From contig JBAWZA010000011.1 in NCBI GenBank assembly GCA_037143335.1, positions 13,494 to 77,493 on the forward strand: 64,000 nucleotides of DNA. Reading direction: 5' to 3'. Numbering within the stretch: position 1 is the stretch's first letter; every line of letters starts with the position of its first letter. This DNA comes from a bacterium. GTDB taxonomy: Bacteria; Bacteroidota; Ignavibacteria; Palsa-1295. The notes under the pieces are model-generated. The model ran no database searches. It was not told where the DNA came from and was given only the letters and a program-made list of their open reading frames with translations. The translations under genes were made by a program, and so were the position numbers. Positions 29,079 through 38,575 of the stretch are shown in pieces.

Positions 29079-30719
29079 CTATTTTTTTGCAGAGATAAAT
29101 GCTCCAATTCCGCAGAGGAGAATAATTGTGACCCCAATTTGGGAAAGCAGGTTTCCTGTTTTCTCCGGAGTGCTTTCAACAATTTGCAATTGATAGTGAT
29201 CACTGATTGTCGGTAGAGTAGCTGTAATTCTTCCGAGCGAATCGCAGCGTAGCGGAATTTCGCCCCCTCGACGATTCCTCAAATGCCAAGTGGGGAAGTG
29301 GGTACGATGAAATACAACGGGAAGGGGAGATCGGAGTGAATTCGTTTCAAAGTCAATGAGTTCGGATTCATCTCTCGTAATTGTAAGCTGCTCACTTCCA
29401 TTTGTCCCCACGACCGCAGGATCGTGAGTATGCAGAGGAAGGGTCACTCTATACCACTCGATATTATTTGAAGATGCTGCAGGCAAATACTCTGGCACGT
29501 CGAGATGGTCTGCTGATTCTTGGTACTTCCACGATTGATTATGCGGAGCGAAATAAAATGAAGCTGCGATGAGTAAGGTAAGAAACGACATAGTACCAAT
29601 CATTGCACGAGAATCTAGCTTTGACTCTTTTGCATTGTGACTGATTGCAACAAGCATGCCACACGCTAAGACAGCGACGACATTCCACCGATAACTGAAT
29701 TGGATATACTGGAACAAAGGCATGAATTTTAAGCCGAAGAAGAAGAGATAGGGCAACTGAATGACTGTTGCAATAATTACGAATACTCTCAAGATTCTCA
29801 TCAGATTATGCTCATGTTGCGCGCGACGAATCCGGATGTATCTCATTAATATCCAGAGATCAAAAAAGAAAATCAGAACTAATGCAACGTAGGTCCCGCT
29901 TTTGGTTGCGCCAATGAAAATACCTGTGCTGCCTTCGTCTTGTAAGAAATTCCAAATACTAAATACTTTGATGAATGGACTAAAGCTGAATGCCGGAAGT
30001 AGAGAAAGTGCCGCGGTGAACACCCCGATTATTCCTCCAGCAATTATGGTAATCACTGAGAAATAGTTCTTCGTTCGATCATGCCGAAGGAAATAATAGA
30101 TCGGCGTAGCATAGAGTAGAATGGCAGTGGTTGGGATGTTAGAGAGAAGAACACCTGCCCAGCCAATCGATGAAAGAGCGACACTTTGTAAGGTAGATTG
30201 TCGTGTCCGTGATTGGATAGCTTGTTCAATCCCCAGAAGAATAAGTGGTATAAATACGAATGCCCAGTGTTCACCTATCGAATTTCGGAGAGACAGATCA
30301 ACGAAACGATAGGGGTGGATACCGTATATTAGTGCACCGATGAAGGCAGATTTTTTTTCAATTGCATAGACACGCATGAAAAAGTAAAAAGTAATTATCG
30401 AGAGGAGCGTCGCAATAAACCCTTCAAGATGATAGATAGCAATCGGAGAAGTGCCGACTACATACGAAGACAATCCTGCGCACCAATACGCGAGCGGTGG
30501 ATAGAAATAAAAAGCAGGTGAACCAAAACCCCAAAAAGATTTAGGCAGCCAACGAGGGTAAAGCGCACCAGACCGGAATAATTCTGGAAATTGCGACAGC
30601 CAATTGAGATGAGTTATAGAATCATGCCCAGTGATTGGGAACACGAATGCCATAAAAATTTGCAAGCCAAGCACTCCGCAGAAGAGCCAGAGGCTGAGCC
30701 GCAATACAAACTTAACCAT
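29079..30719 (-). CDS. Polytopic integral membrane protein, GT-C-fold glycosyltransferase-like (function unknown)
   Basis: 546 aa with ≥10 predicted TM helices in the N-terminal two thirds and an extracytoplasmic C-terminal domain. The N-terminal HDSITHLNW...YPRWLP...FYFYPPLAYW pattern resembles membrane glycosyltransferase/YfhO-like families, but this assignment is weak. Confidence 0.4.
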   Translation of the reverse strand: MVKFVLRLSLWLFCGVLGLQIFMAFVFPITGHDSITHLNWLSQFPELFRSGALYPRWLPKSFWGFGSPAFYFYPPLAYWCAGLSSYVVGTSPIAIYHLEGFIATLLSIITFYFFMRVYAIEKKSAFIGALIYGIHPYRFVDLSLRNSIGEHWAFVFIPLILLGIEQAIQSRTRQSTLQSVALSSIGWAGVLLSNIPTTAILLYATPIYYFLRHDRTKNYFSVITIIAGGIIGVFTAALSLLPAFSFSPFIKVFSIWNFLQDEGSTGIFIGATKSGTYVALVLIFFFDLWILMRYIRIRRAQHEHNLMRILRVFVIIATVIQLPYLFFFGLKFMPLFQYIQFSYRWNVVAVLACGMLVAISHNAKESKLDSRAMIGTMSFLTLLIAASFYFAPHNQSWKYQESADHLDVPEYLPAASSNNIEWYRVTLPLHTHDPAVVGTNGSEQLTITRDESELIDFETNSLRSPLPVVFHRTHFPTWHLRNRRGGEIPLRCDSLGRITATLPTISDHYQLQIVESTPEKTGNLLSQIGVTIILLCGIGAFISAKK

Positions 30720-30742
30720 TTCAGGTGAGGATCGTTTCTCGC

Positions 30743-31972
30743 TTACACATACGCCTCTTCGCCATGTAACGAGAGATCTACCCCGCGTTCTTCTTCGTGA
30801 GCCTCGACTTTAACTGGAGTAATCATGTTAATGATTTTTAACATGACGTATGTGAATGTAAATCCATAGATTGCCGCACCAACAGTTACGCCAAGTTGTA
30901 AGAAGAAAAAGCTTGAGTTGCCGAGGAGAAGTCCGTTGACTCCGGCAGAGTTCACTGCCGAATCTGCAAAGACACCAAGTAGTATCACTCCGATACATCC
31001 GCCGACACCATGCACACCCCAGACGTCAAGAGCATCATCCCATCCACGTTTATTTTTAAGTTGAACGGCAAGGTAGCAGACGATGCCAGCGCAGATTCCG
31101 ATTATGACAGCACTTGTTGTCGAAACGTAACCAGCCGCGGGAGTTATCGTTGCAAGCCCTGCGACTGCACCAGTGAGTAATCCGAGAAATTTTGGTTTAC
31201 GAGATGCACGCCACTCCATGATGAGCCAAGCAATTGCTGCAAATGATGCGGCGATGTCTGTGTTCAAAAATGCAAGAGCAGTCACACCATCAACTTTGAA
31301 TTGCGAACCCGCATTGAATCCGTACCAACCAAACCATAACAATCCCGTACCGAGTGCAACGAGTGGGATGCTATGAGGCACTCCATCTCCGACCTTTCGC
31401 TTCCCCACATAAAATACCGAAGCAAGAGCAGCGAAACCTGCGATTGCATGAACTACAATTCCGCCAGCAAAATCTTGCACGCCCCATGAAGCTAATAATC
31501 CACCACCCCAAACCATGTGAACAAATGGAAAATACACGAACAACAACCACATTGTGAGGAAGAGCATATACGCAGGGAAGCGCACGCGGTTTGTGAATGC
31601 TCCTGTAATAAGCGCGGGTGTGATAATCGCGAACATCATTTGATATGCTACAAATACCATGAGCGGGATATTTGGCGTCAGTGGCGAAGGCGTTGTCACT
31701 GTGATGCCGCGAAAGAATGACATATCAAAATTTCCGATGATCCCACCGAGGAGATCGCTATGTGATTTCATGTCACCACTGAAGCACATCGAGTATCCAC
31801 AGATAAACCAGAGCACAGTTGTGAATCCCATCGAGACAAACGATTGCATCATGATTGACAGCACATTTTTTCGTCCGACTAATCCGCCGTAAAAAAATGC
31901 CAAGCCTGGTGTCATTAACATCACGAGGCTCGTGGCAATTAACATGAAACCTGTATTCCCAGTATCGAACAT
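30743..31972 (-). CDS. amt: Ammonium transporter (Amt family)
   Basis: Motifs DTGNTGFMLIATSLVMLMTPGLAFFYGG and the twin-His-containing central region are present. The probable start is MFDTGNTG at 31972; the longer track ORF extends to 32044. Confidence 0.85.
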   Translation of the reverse strand: MFDTGNTGFMLIATSLVMLMTPGLAFFYGGLVGRKNVLSIMMQSFVSMGFTTVLWFICGYSMCFSGDMKSHSDLLGGIIGNFDMSFFRGITVTTPSPLTPNIPLMVFVAYQMMFAIITPALITGAFTNRVRFPAYMLFLTMWLLFVYFPFVHMVWGGGLLASWGVQDFAGGIVVHAIAGFAALASVFYVGKRKVGDGVPHSIPLVALGTGLLWFGWYGFNAGSQFKVDGVTALAFLNTDIAASFAAIAWLIMEWRASRKPKFLGLLTGAVAGLATITPAAGYVSTTSAVIIGICAGIVCYLAVQLKNKRGWDDALDVWGVHGVGGCIGVILLGVFADSAVNSAGVNGLLLGNSSFFFLQLGVTVGAAIYGFTFTYVMLKIINMITPVKVEAHEEERGVDLSLHGEEAYV

Positions 31973-32087
31973 AGTAGTATCTCCGTTAAGAATAGTAAAC
32001 AATCGGTAGCTAATATACGGACATAACGCCACAAGCCCCATCAATTCCAGACCAAAACGGAAAACACAATATTTGCGTTAATATCTG

Positions 32088-33707
32088 ATGATGAACATGA
32101 AAAATATCAGCAGATGTATTGTTGTGCAAGCGTTCGCGCTTCTGATGGTGGCAAGTTCCAGTTTTGCTCAGCTAACGATTGTCGTAAAGATGGACCCGCT
32201 CTATCGTAGCGGCGGCAAGGTCGAGCTATCTCTGAGTGGATTCGGCGACGAGCTTACGGATTTTTACGGCGTATTCCCTGATCAAAATCTGGTAAACAAA
32301 ATCACCATTTGTGGCAAGATTGGCACTGCCGATAGCACCCGCAAGAAGCTTGGACTTATCCAGTTGAATCCTGATGGGAGTTTCAATACTTCGTTTGGTT
32401 TGGGTGGTAAAACGATTATGAATTGGGGTATCTCCGATTTCCCGAACACGATGTATGTCAGCCCCATAGATAATAGTGTGGTCTTGGGTGGAATGAATGC
32501 AGCTTCAGAAGTACTTGCCGAACATCGCCCGACGCTCTTTAAATTTGACGCATTCGGCAAGCCTGATCTGAGCTTCGGCGTTGGTGGACATGCCATTGCG
32601 CAAGTAGATTCAGTTAACGGTGGGTACGTGACTAATGTGTACCCAGAGGATTCATCATACCTCGCATGTGGTGCTGTAATGGGACCGGAGCATCCTGTTG
32701 GTTTTTGCGCTATCAAATATAATCCGCACGGCATCTTGGACTCATCTTTCGGGAAAGACGGAATCTCGATTATTCCCGCACAGATCGGATACAGTGCCGG
32801 CTTTCTGACTACCAATGACTCAATCGTTTTTGTTGCAGAAGAAATTACTGGTGGCGGCATATCGCCAAAGTCAGCCGAGATTATTATTGGAAAGTTAGAC
32901 GAAAAAGGCAAACCTGTTTCGTCATTCGGTATCAACGGCATTCTTCGCACTGGAGTAAAATTTAATCCACTTTTGGGTTCATTGCGTGCGGCGATTCAAC
33001 CAAATTATAATATTGTTTGCTCATTTCCACCGATTGGTATTTCCCCACTCGAACCGATTCACATGACACGGTTTCTTCCAGATGGCACCGTAGATACTTC
33101 ATTTGGAACAAAGGGTGATGTAGTCATTAATTTTACAAACGGCATCTCGCGAGCTAATGGGATAACAGTTGCTAAAAACGGCAAGTCAACAATTGCGGGC
33201 AGTGCTCTGAATGCTCTCGATCAGTGTGCTGCGGCACGCTTGAATGTTGATGGCTCACCTGATATAAGTTTCAACTTAGTCGGCACAACTGTGATTGATG
33301 TTGATTCAGGAGCGCATGCGAATTGGCTCACTAAGTTAATCGGGATTGGGAATAAAAGATATTATGGCGTGGGGACATCGGTACATAATGGGATCCCGAA
33401 TTTTATGATTGTGCGTTTCAAAGATGACACAACATTCTCACGCATTGGTCTTGTCCAAGACAACGATGGTGTTGCTGCTTACCCTAATCCGGCAGTGGGA
33501 CACATTAGTATCACGAGTGCGAACGCATTGATAAAATCGGTTTCGCTCTACGATGCTATCGGTCGGCGTGTAGATGCTACAGAGATGCGAGAGAATGAAA
33601 AGTCAACAACGCTTACCTTAACACAACTCCCTGCAGGAATGTATCATTGCGTTATCGAAACTTCCGATGGAGTCGAGACACGAAAAATTATTATTGGGTC
33701 GAGGTAG
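32088..33707 (+). CDS. Delta-60-repeat (D-x-S/T-F-G-x-x-G) secreted protein with T9SS C-terminal sorting domain
   Basis: Signal peptide. Repeated DGS(F/L)(N/D)TSFG..G units are present (NPDGSFNTSFGLGG, LDSSFGKDG, VDTSFGTKGD, PDISFN). The C-terminus AYPNPAVGHISITSA...YHCVIETSDGVETRKIIIGSR matches a Por tail pattern. Confidence 0.6.
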   Translation: MMNMKNISRCIVVQAFALLMVASSSFAQLTIVVKMDPLYRSGGKVELSLSGFGDELTDFYGVFPDQNLVNKITICGKIGTADSTRKKLGLIQLNPDGSFNTSFGLGGKTIMNWGISDFPNTMYVSPIDNSVVLGGMNAASEVLAEHRPTLFKFDAFGKPDLSFGVGGHAIAQVDSVNGGYVTNVYPEDSSYLACGAVMGPEHPVGFCAIKYNPHGILDSSFGKDGISIIPAQIGYSAGFLTTNDSIVFVAEEITGGGISPKSAEIIIGKLDEKGKPVSSFGINGILRTGVKFNPLLGSLRAAIQPNYNIVCSFPPIGISPLEPIHMTRFLPDGTVDTSFGTKGDVVINFTNGISRANGITVAKNGKSTIAGSALNALDQCAAARLNVDGSPDISFNLVGTTVIDVDSGAHANWLTKLIGIGNKRYYGVGTSVHNGIPNFMIVRFKDDTTFSRIGLVQDNDGVAAYPNPAVGHISITSANALIKSVSLYDAIGRRVDATEMRENEKSTTLTLTQLPAGMYHCVIETSDGVETRKIIIGSR

Positions 33708-33708
33708 A

Positions 33709-35403
33709 TTAACGGAGCACGACAAGAGTCGCTCGCTCTTGACCGAGTGAGATATGGTAGTGACCTACTGCCATTTCTGCTGTCGAAACTGCATATTGAG
33801 TTGAACCTCTTTCGATGAGTTCATCTACAAGCATTGCGCCTTTGAGATCAACGATGCTTATCCGCTCATCGTTTGTGAGCGCAGGGAAACTTAGCATCGC
33901 ATAGCTCGTCGCAGGATTCGGAGTGATATGGAGGTTGCCTTGTGCAATTTTTGGTTGCGGGACACTGCCGATGGCATCAACGATGAAATTTGCCATCATT
34001 CCTCCATCAGCGTGCTCGAGTTTATGGCAATGAATGAGAAATAGTCCAGTGTACTCTGTAAATTTTACAAGTACATTTACCGTACCCTGAGGGTCGAGTC
34101 TCACAACATCTTTCCAACCGCCTTCTGTCGGATCTGGCGGTGCACCGTTACGATTGAGTACTTGAAAATATGAACCATGGACGTGGATAGGATGTGTATT
34201 CTGAGCTTCACTCACAAACTCCCACCGCTCAAGATCTTGGATGGGTACATTTGCATCAATGAGATCCAATGAATAATTGTGCTCGTTCACATGGTGAGTC
34301 GCAGCAAAAATCCATGTCCTTGTTCGCTTTGCATCTGCTACATTATATTTTTCAATTGCTGGAAGTGCAGTTGGGACTGTTCCGTTCGTTACTACGGACT
34401 TCGTAACTTGAAATAAAAGCAAATTCATTGCTGCGCCTTGTGCAACAGTCCCCGAACCCGGTCCGTCACTGAAGGTAAACTTCAGTGATTGTAAGATCAC
34501 TGATTGACCGACGGTGTAGGATGAAAAATCAATGAGAATATCAAGTCGCTCAGCAGGAGCCAACCATGCGGCACTCATTTGGATCGGCTTTTCCATAAAG
34601 CCGCCATCATTGCCGATGACGGTGAATGTTTTTCCGTCGGCTAAAGCAAGTTTATAGAATCTGGAGTTCGAGGCATTGACTACGCGGAATCTATAAAGCG
34701 TCGGAGCTACATTTACAAATGCATTCGGTGTACCATTGATGAGGATTGTATCGCCAAGCCAACCGCTGTTAATGTCAACGGTTGAAGGGTCATAAATCAA
34801 CTGAGAGTTCGCATCGAATCGCTTATCTGTAATCATCAGCGGAATCTCGAACTCGCCAGAGGGCAGGCCCAATGCTTTCTCTTCATCGTCTTCAACGATG
34901 AATAATCCTGCAATTCCCATATAGACTTGCTTGCCAGTACCAACGCCCGTCGCCATATTCATATTCGGATGAGCATGGTAAAAGCTTGCGCCTGCGCGTT
35001 GTTTGATAGGGAAATTAACAGAGTACGAATTACCCGAATCAATCGCGTACTTCGGATGTCCGCCCATCTCGCTTGGCGCATGAATACCATGCCAATGCAA
35101 GATAGAGTTCTCACCTAAATTATTATGGATATTCGCCGTGAATGTATCGCCTTTCTTCACACGAATCGTCGGAGCGGGAAAAGAATTATTCACCAGATAC
35201 ATATCCGTATTGATGCCCGGATAAAGCTGAGCGCTTGCCTTCGCCAACGTTAACTCGCCACCCGTGATGACAGGCGGAATTCGAAGCTCTTGCATTGCTT
35301 CTGGAGCATTGCGAACACTTGCGTCGGCATTACTGAATTTCGCACTCGCGGCAAGTACTCCGAGCTGCGCACTGCGCTTAAGAAAATTTCTGCGGTTAAT
35401 CAT
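33709..35403 (-). CDS. Multicopper oxidase (laccase/CueO-like) with twin-arginine (Tat) signal peptide and T9SS C-terminal sorting domain
   Basis: The N-terminus MINRRNFLKRSAQLGVLAASA is a Tat motif. Copper-binding motifs are HWHGIH, HPIHVHG and HCHKLEHADGGMM. The C-terminus LHITPNPATSYAMLSF...HYHISLGQERATLVVLR matches a Por tail pattern. Confidence 0.8.
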   Translation of the reverse strand: MINRRNFLKRSAQLGVLAASAKFSNADASVRNAPEAMQELRIPPVITGGELTLAKASAQLYPGINTDMYLVNNSFPAPTIRVKKGDTFTANIHNNLGENSILHWHGIHAPSEMGGHPKYAIDSGNSYSVNFPIKQRAGASFYHAHPNMNMATGVGTGKQVYMGIAGLFIVEDDEEKALGLPSGEFEIPLMITDKRFDANSQLIYDPSTVDINSGWLGDTILINGTPNAFVNVAPTLYRFRVVNASNSRFYKLALADGKTFTVIGNDGGFMEKPIQMSAAWLAPAERLDILIDFSSYTVGQSVILQSLKFTFSDGPGSGTVAQGAAMNLLLFQVTKSVVTNGTVPTALPAIEKYNVADAKRTRTWIFAATHHVNEHNYSLDLIDANVPIQDLERWEFVSEAQNTHPIHVHGSYFQVLNRNGAPPDPTEGGWKDVVRLDPQGTVNVLVKFTEYTGLFLIHCHKLEHADGGMMANFIVDAIGSVPQPKIAQGNLHITPNPATSYAMLSFPALTNDERISIVDLKGAMLVDELIERGSTQYAVSTAEMAVGHYHISLGQERATLVVLR

Positions 35404-35444
35404 TGTAGTAAAAACGAAAGTCTGAGGAAAAAAGGTCAGATGAA

Positions 35445-36719
35445 TTATTGCTTTATGATTTTTGCGTAAGTAACACCACGATCTTTTTGAAAGATTAATT
35501 GATACATTCCGTTCGGAAGTGATGAAAGATCGAGTACTGTTTTTTCTTCAGACCCTAACTCAAACCGCATGACCTCAATGCCTCCAATATTTTGCACGAT
35601 GAGTGATTTAAAGGATTGCGGTTTGTGAATTGTTACTTTTGCTGAGAGTGGATTCGGGAACACGTTCATCTCTTTCGGTTCGGATTCATTGTGAACCCCG
35701 CCTGGCAATATAGTAAAAACTTCATTGAGATTGACAATTTGATTTGCATCTTTTCCACCTAAGACATAAATTCTCCCATCCACAGTAGCGGAGGCGATAC
35801 CTGCCCTGCCTGTCATTGAGCCAGTGATGTGAGGTGTAATCCATAAATTAGCGGAAGGATCGAAGACCTCTACGGTGTTTAAATAAGAGATGCCATCGTA
35901 ACCACCGATAACAAAAATTTTATCGTCAACCACAACAGAAGTTAATCCTTGTCTCGGGGTAAACGTCCCGCTTGTTGTTGGAGTCGTCCATGTGTTGGTT
36001 GCAGGATCGAATACCTGTGGCGAAGGGATGTCTTTCGTTGCGCCCTGCCCGCCGAATACATAAATTTTTCCGCCGACAACTCCTGCCGTCAGATCTGATC
36101 GTGCACTCATCGCACCAGTCATGACCGGTGTGCTCCAACTGGAATCGGATGGATCATATACTTCAACAGTACTGAGATAGCCTATATCAGTGTTATAGCC
36201 ACCAATCACGTAGATCTTATTATTCACAACTACGGCGGCGGCTCTCCACCGTTTGGTTAGATTTCCTTTTGTTAGGGGAGTGCTCCACGATGAAGTAGCT
36301 GGGTCAAAAACGTCAAACGTATTTAGTGCACCTGAACTATCATACCCACAGATCACATGAAATTTTCCACCCACATTCGCAACACATGATCCTTTCCGCG
36401 GTGAAAATAAACCAGTAGTGGAGAGGGTAGTCCAGGATTGTGTCTTTGTATCATAAGTCTCGACTTGACCAATATATGTTTTGCCGGTATAGCCACCGAA
36501 CGTAAAAATTTTCCCATCAAGAGCGATGCAAGCGAAAGCATTTCTTGCGGTAAATCCGGATGTTGGCTCACTGCTCCATGACCCTGAAATTGATTGCGCC
36601 GAGACTTCTGAGGTTGAAAAAAAACTTGAGCAACATACAATAATGGCAATAAAAAAACAAACCCCATTGCAGTGCAACAGGGTTCGCTTTGAAATTTGTA
36701 TGTTGGCTAAGCCTGCCAC
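35445..36719 (-). CDS. Kelch-repeat beta-propeller secreted protein with T9SS C-terminal sorting domain
   Basis: Signal/TM N-terminus. Six or more Kelch-like blades ((K)I(Y/F)V(I/F)GG ... W(S/T)TP). The C-terminus NVFPNPLSAKVTIHK...GMYQLIFQKDRGVTYAKIIKQ matches a Por tail pattern. Confidence 0.65.
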   Translation of the reverse strand: MAGLANIQISKRTLLHCNGVCFFIAIIVCCSSFFSTSEVSAQSISGSWSSEPTSGFTARNAFACIALDGKIFTFGGYTGKTYIGQVETYDTKTQSWTTLSTTGLFSPRKGSCVANVGGKFHVICGYDSSGALNTFDVFDPATSSWSTPLTKGNLTKRWRAAAVVVNNKIYVIGGYNTDIGYLSTVEVYDPSDSSWSTPVMTGAMSARSDLTAGVVGGKIYVFGGQGATKDIPSPQVFDPATNTWTTPTTSGTFTPRQGLTSVVVDDKIFVIGGYDGISYLNTVEVFDPSANLWITPHITGSMTGRAGIASATVDGRIYVLGGKDANQIVNLNEVFTILPGGVHNESEPKEMNVFPNPLSAKVTIHKPQSFKSLIVQNIGGIEVMRFELGSEEKTVLDLSSLPNGMYQLIFQKDRGVTYAKIIKQ

Positions 36720-36724
36720 GCTTA

Positions 36725-38440
36725 TTATTGTTTAATTACGAGTACGTTAAAAAACGCAGGTGCAGTGTTTGGTGTAAATGGTTGATTGTTCAAGCTCAAG
36801 ATAGACCATTTACCGCGTGCATTGTCATACGCTACTCCAACCGCCTGCTTGTAGAGTCCGTTGGCAGGAGCATTCAAATCCTTGGTTACGAATGTGACGA
36901 ACACCATGCAACTTGGATCACCATTGCAGATTGGGTTATCAATTTCTGTGCGAGCAGTTGTGACAAGATTCGCATTTGAGACCTGATGAACAAATGCAGT
37001 TTTGTTTGTACCGCTTACTTTGATTGCTCCGTTATCGAGTTGCATCGCTACCCCAATTCCAGTACCTGTGTATGTTGCCTTCACGCCTGCACCGTTCGGA
37101 GACGCTGTCTCGCCAACAACACCGACTGCAGAGCCATTGACGGCAGTTGATTTACCATAGACACCGTTACCACTTGGTGTTTCGCCATAGATCGCCGTGC
37201 CTGTTCCGCCTTGATAACCGATGACTCCGTATCCGAGATTCGTTGTGCTTGTATTGATACCACGTACACCAGCACTCCATTGTGAAGTGGCTCCGCCATT
37301 TGCGCGACCGATTACACCACTCGGACCGACTTGTGAATTCGTACCATTGTTCGTACCATTTGCTTCGCCAAGTACGCCTGTACCGCTATTTGCACCATAG
37401 CCGACTCCATGCAATCCGTTTGAGCCATCAGCGATAGACGTACCCATAATTGCATCGCCATTTCCTGTTGTTGATGCTTCAACCACGTTTGAATTATTGG
37501 CGGCATTTGTGATCTGAAAAGATCCTGCACGACCCGTGTTGCTCATCGCGCTCAAACCGTTGCCCATATCGCCAAGAGCGAGAACGCCAGTGGTTGTGCC
37601 GACTCCGCGACCCAAGATACCTGCAAAGTTGGCATTGCCTCCGTTGCTATATCCAACGACTCCGTTATATCCATTACCGCCATCACCCCAGATAGTAGCA
37701 TTTGACACAATACTTAATCCTGCACCACCTGTAATATCAACCGAGTGAATTCCAGAACCAGTAAGACCAGAATTAGTGATTGTCAGAAGTGGATTGACAT
37801 CATTTGATCCACTTACATTTAATGGCAATGCCAAATTTTGTAGAGGAGCGACGATCTTGATAATTCCATTCGACTCTGATACTTTTACGCCACCTTCACC
37901 GACGAGGGTAAGGTCACCTTGAATACCATTGAGCGTACGAACAACTCCAGTTGCGGCGAGTGTCAAGCCACCAGCTACATCCGCCATGTCGGCATGATCT
38001 GCATTCGTTGCGTTCACGGCATTCGAGGCAGAAACTGCATTGAGTGCATAAGGTGAAGCTACGATGAGTGTGCGCGGAGTGAGTTCAGCTCCGCCATCAA
38101 CAGAGACGCCCAAATAAAAACCAGTGTCAAACTTTACATTCGCTGGAAGTGCAGTCACTGAGCCTACGTTCAAGGAGAACAATCCGCCAACGGTGTGTAC
38201 ACTTTGATTCTCGGTATATACCTCGGCTCCGCCTGTCTGATTTTTGTAGAGACGGATCGTCAGGGTATGTGTTCCATCAGGAACAACCTTGCCAGCACCG
38301 TCAGCTAATGAGCCTTGGTAACTAAAAAGACGAGGCGCTTGAGCAGAGGCTACAGAAGAGCAAATCCCGAGTATCAAGCTTAGGATAAGGAATGAGCGAA
38401 GCAATTTTGTAAATGTTGGTAGCATAATGGTTTTCAACAA
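36725..38440 (-). CDS. Secreted glycine/asparagine-rich repeat protein, phage-tail-fibre-like architecture (function unknown)
   Basis: Signal peptide (LILSLILGICSSVASAQA). The N-terminal FSYQGSL.DGAG..V.DGTH.L.IRLY module is typical of tail-fibre-domain proteins. It is followed by a long G-x-G/N-rich repeat region. No obvious Por tail. Confidence 0.45.
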   Translation of the reverse strand: MLKTIMLPTFTKLLRSFLILSLILGICSSVASAQAPRLFSYQGSLADGAGKVVPDGTHTLTIRLYKNQTGGAEVYTENQSVHTVGGLFSLNVGSVTALPANVKFDTGFYLGVSVDGGAELTPRTLIVASPYALNAVSASNAVNATNADHADMADVAGGLTLAATGVVRTLNGIQGDLTLVGEGGVKVSESNGIIKIVAPLQNLALPLNVSGSNDVNPLLTITNSGLTGSGIHSVDITGGAGLSIVSNATIWGDGGNGYNGVVGYSNGGNANFAGILGRGVGTTTGVLALGDMGNGLSAMSNTGRAGSFQITNAANNSNVVEASTTGNGDAIMGTSIADGSNGLHGVGYGANSGTGVLGEANGTNNGTNSQVGPSGVIGRANGGATSQWSAGVRGINTSTTNLGYGVIGYQGGTGTAIYGETPSGNGVYGKSTAVNGSAVGVVGETASPNGAGVKATYTGTGIGVAMQLDNGAIKVSGTNKTAFVHQVSNANLVTTARTEIDNPICNGDPSCMVFVTFVTKDLNAPANGLYKQAVGVAYDNARGKWSILSLNNQPFTPNTAPAFFNVLVIKQ

Positions 38441-38575
38441 TCGAATTAATGAGTTTTACTTGGTTTTTGAGAACCAACGGGTATGTCCTTTAGTGCCGAA
38501 CGTCGAGGCACCCAAAAAACGCTTCTTGTCGTTCTAACGTTAGGAAAATCGGCTATATCTAAACTTGCTACGACT

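Noticed and set aside
32282-32950. 222 aa minus-strand ORF and many other 60-160 aa ORFs lying inside large annotated genes (e.g. 938..1135, 2158..2625, 3425..3715, 10659..11568, 22672..24896, 37081..37748, 43443..44522, 48198..48618)
   Set aside because: They are antisense or alternative-frame to long ORFs with clear homology or domain signatures. Their translations are low-complexity (Ser/Arg/Pro-rich) with no motifs, so they are typical shadow ORFs.
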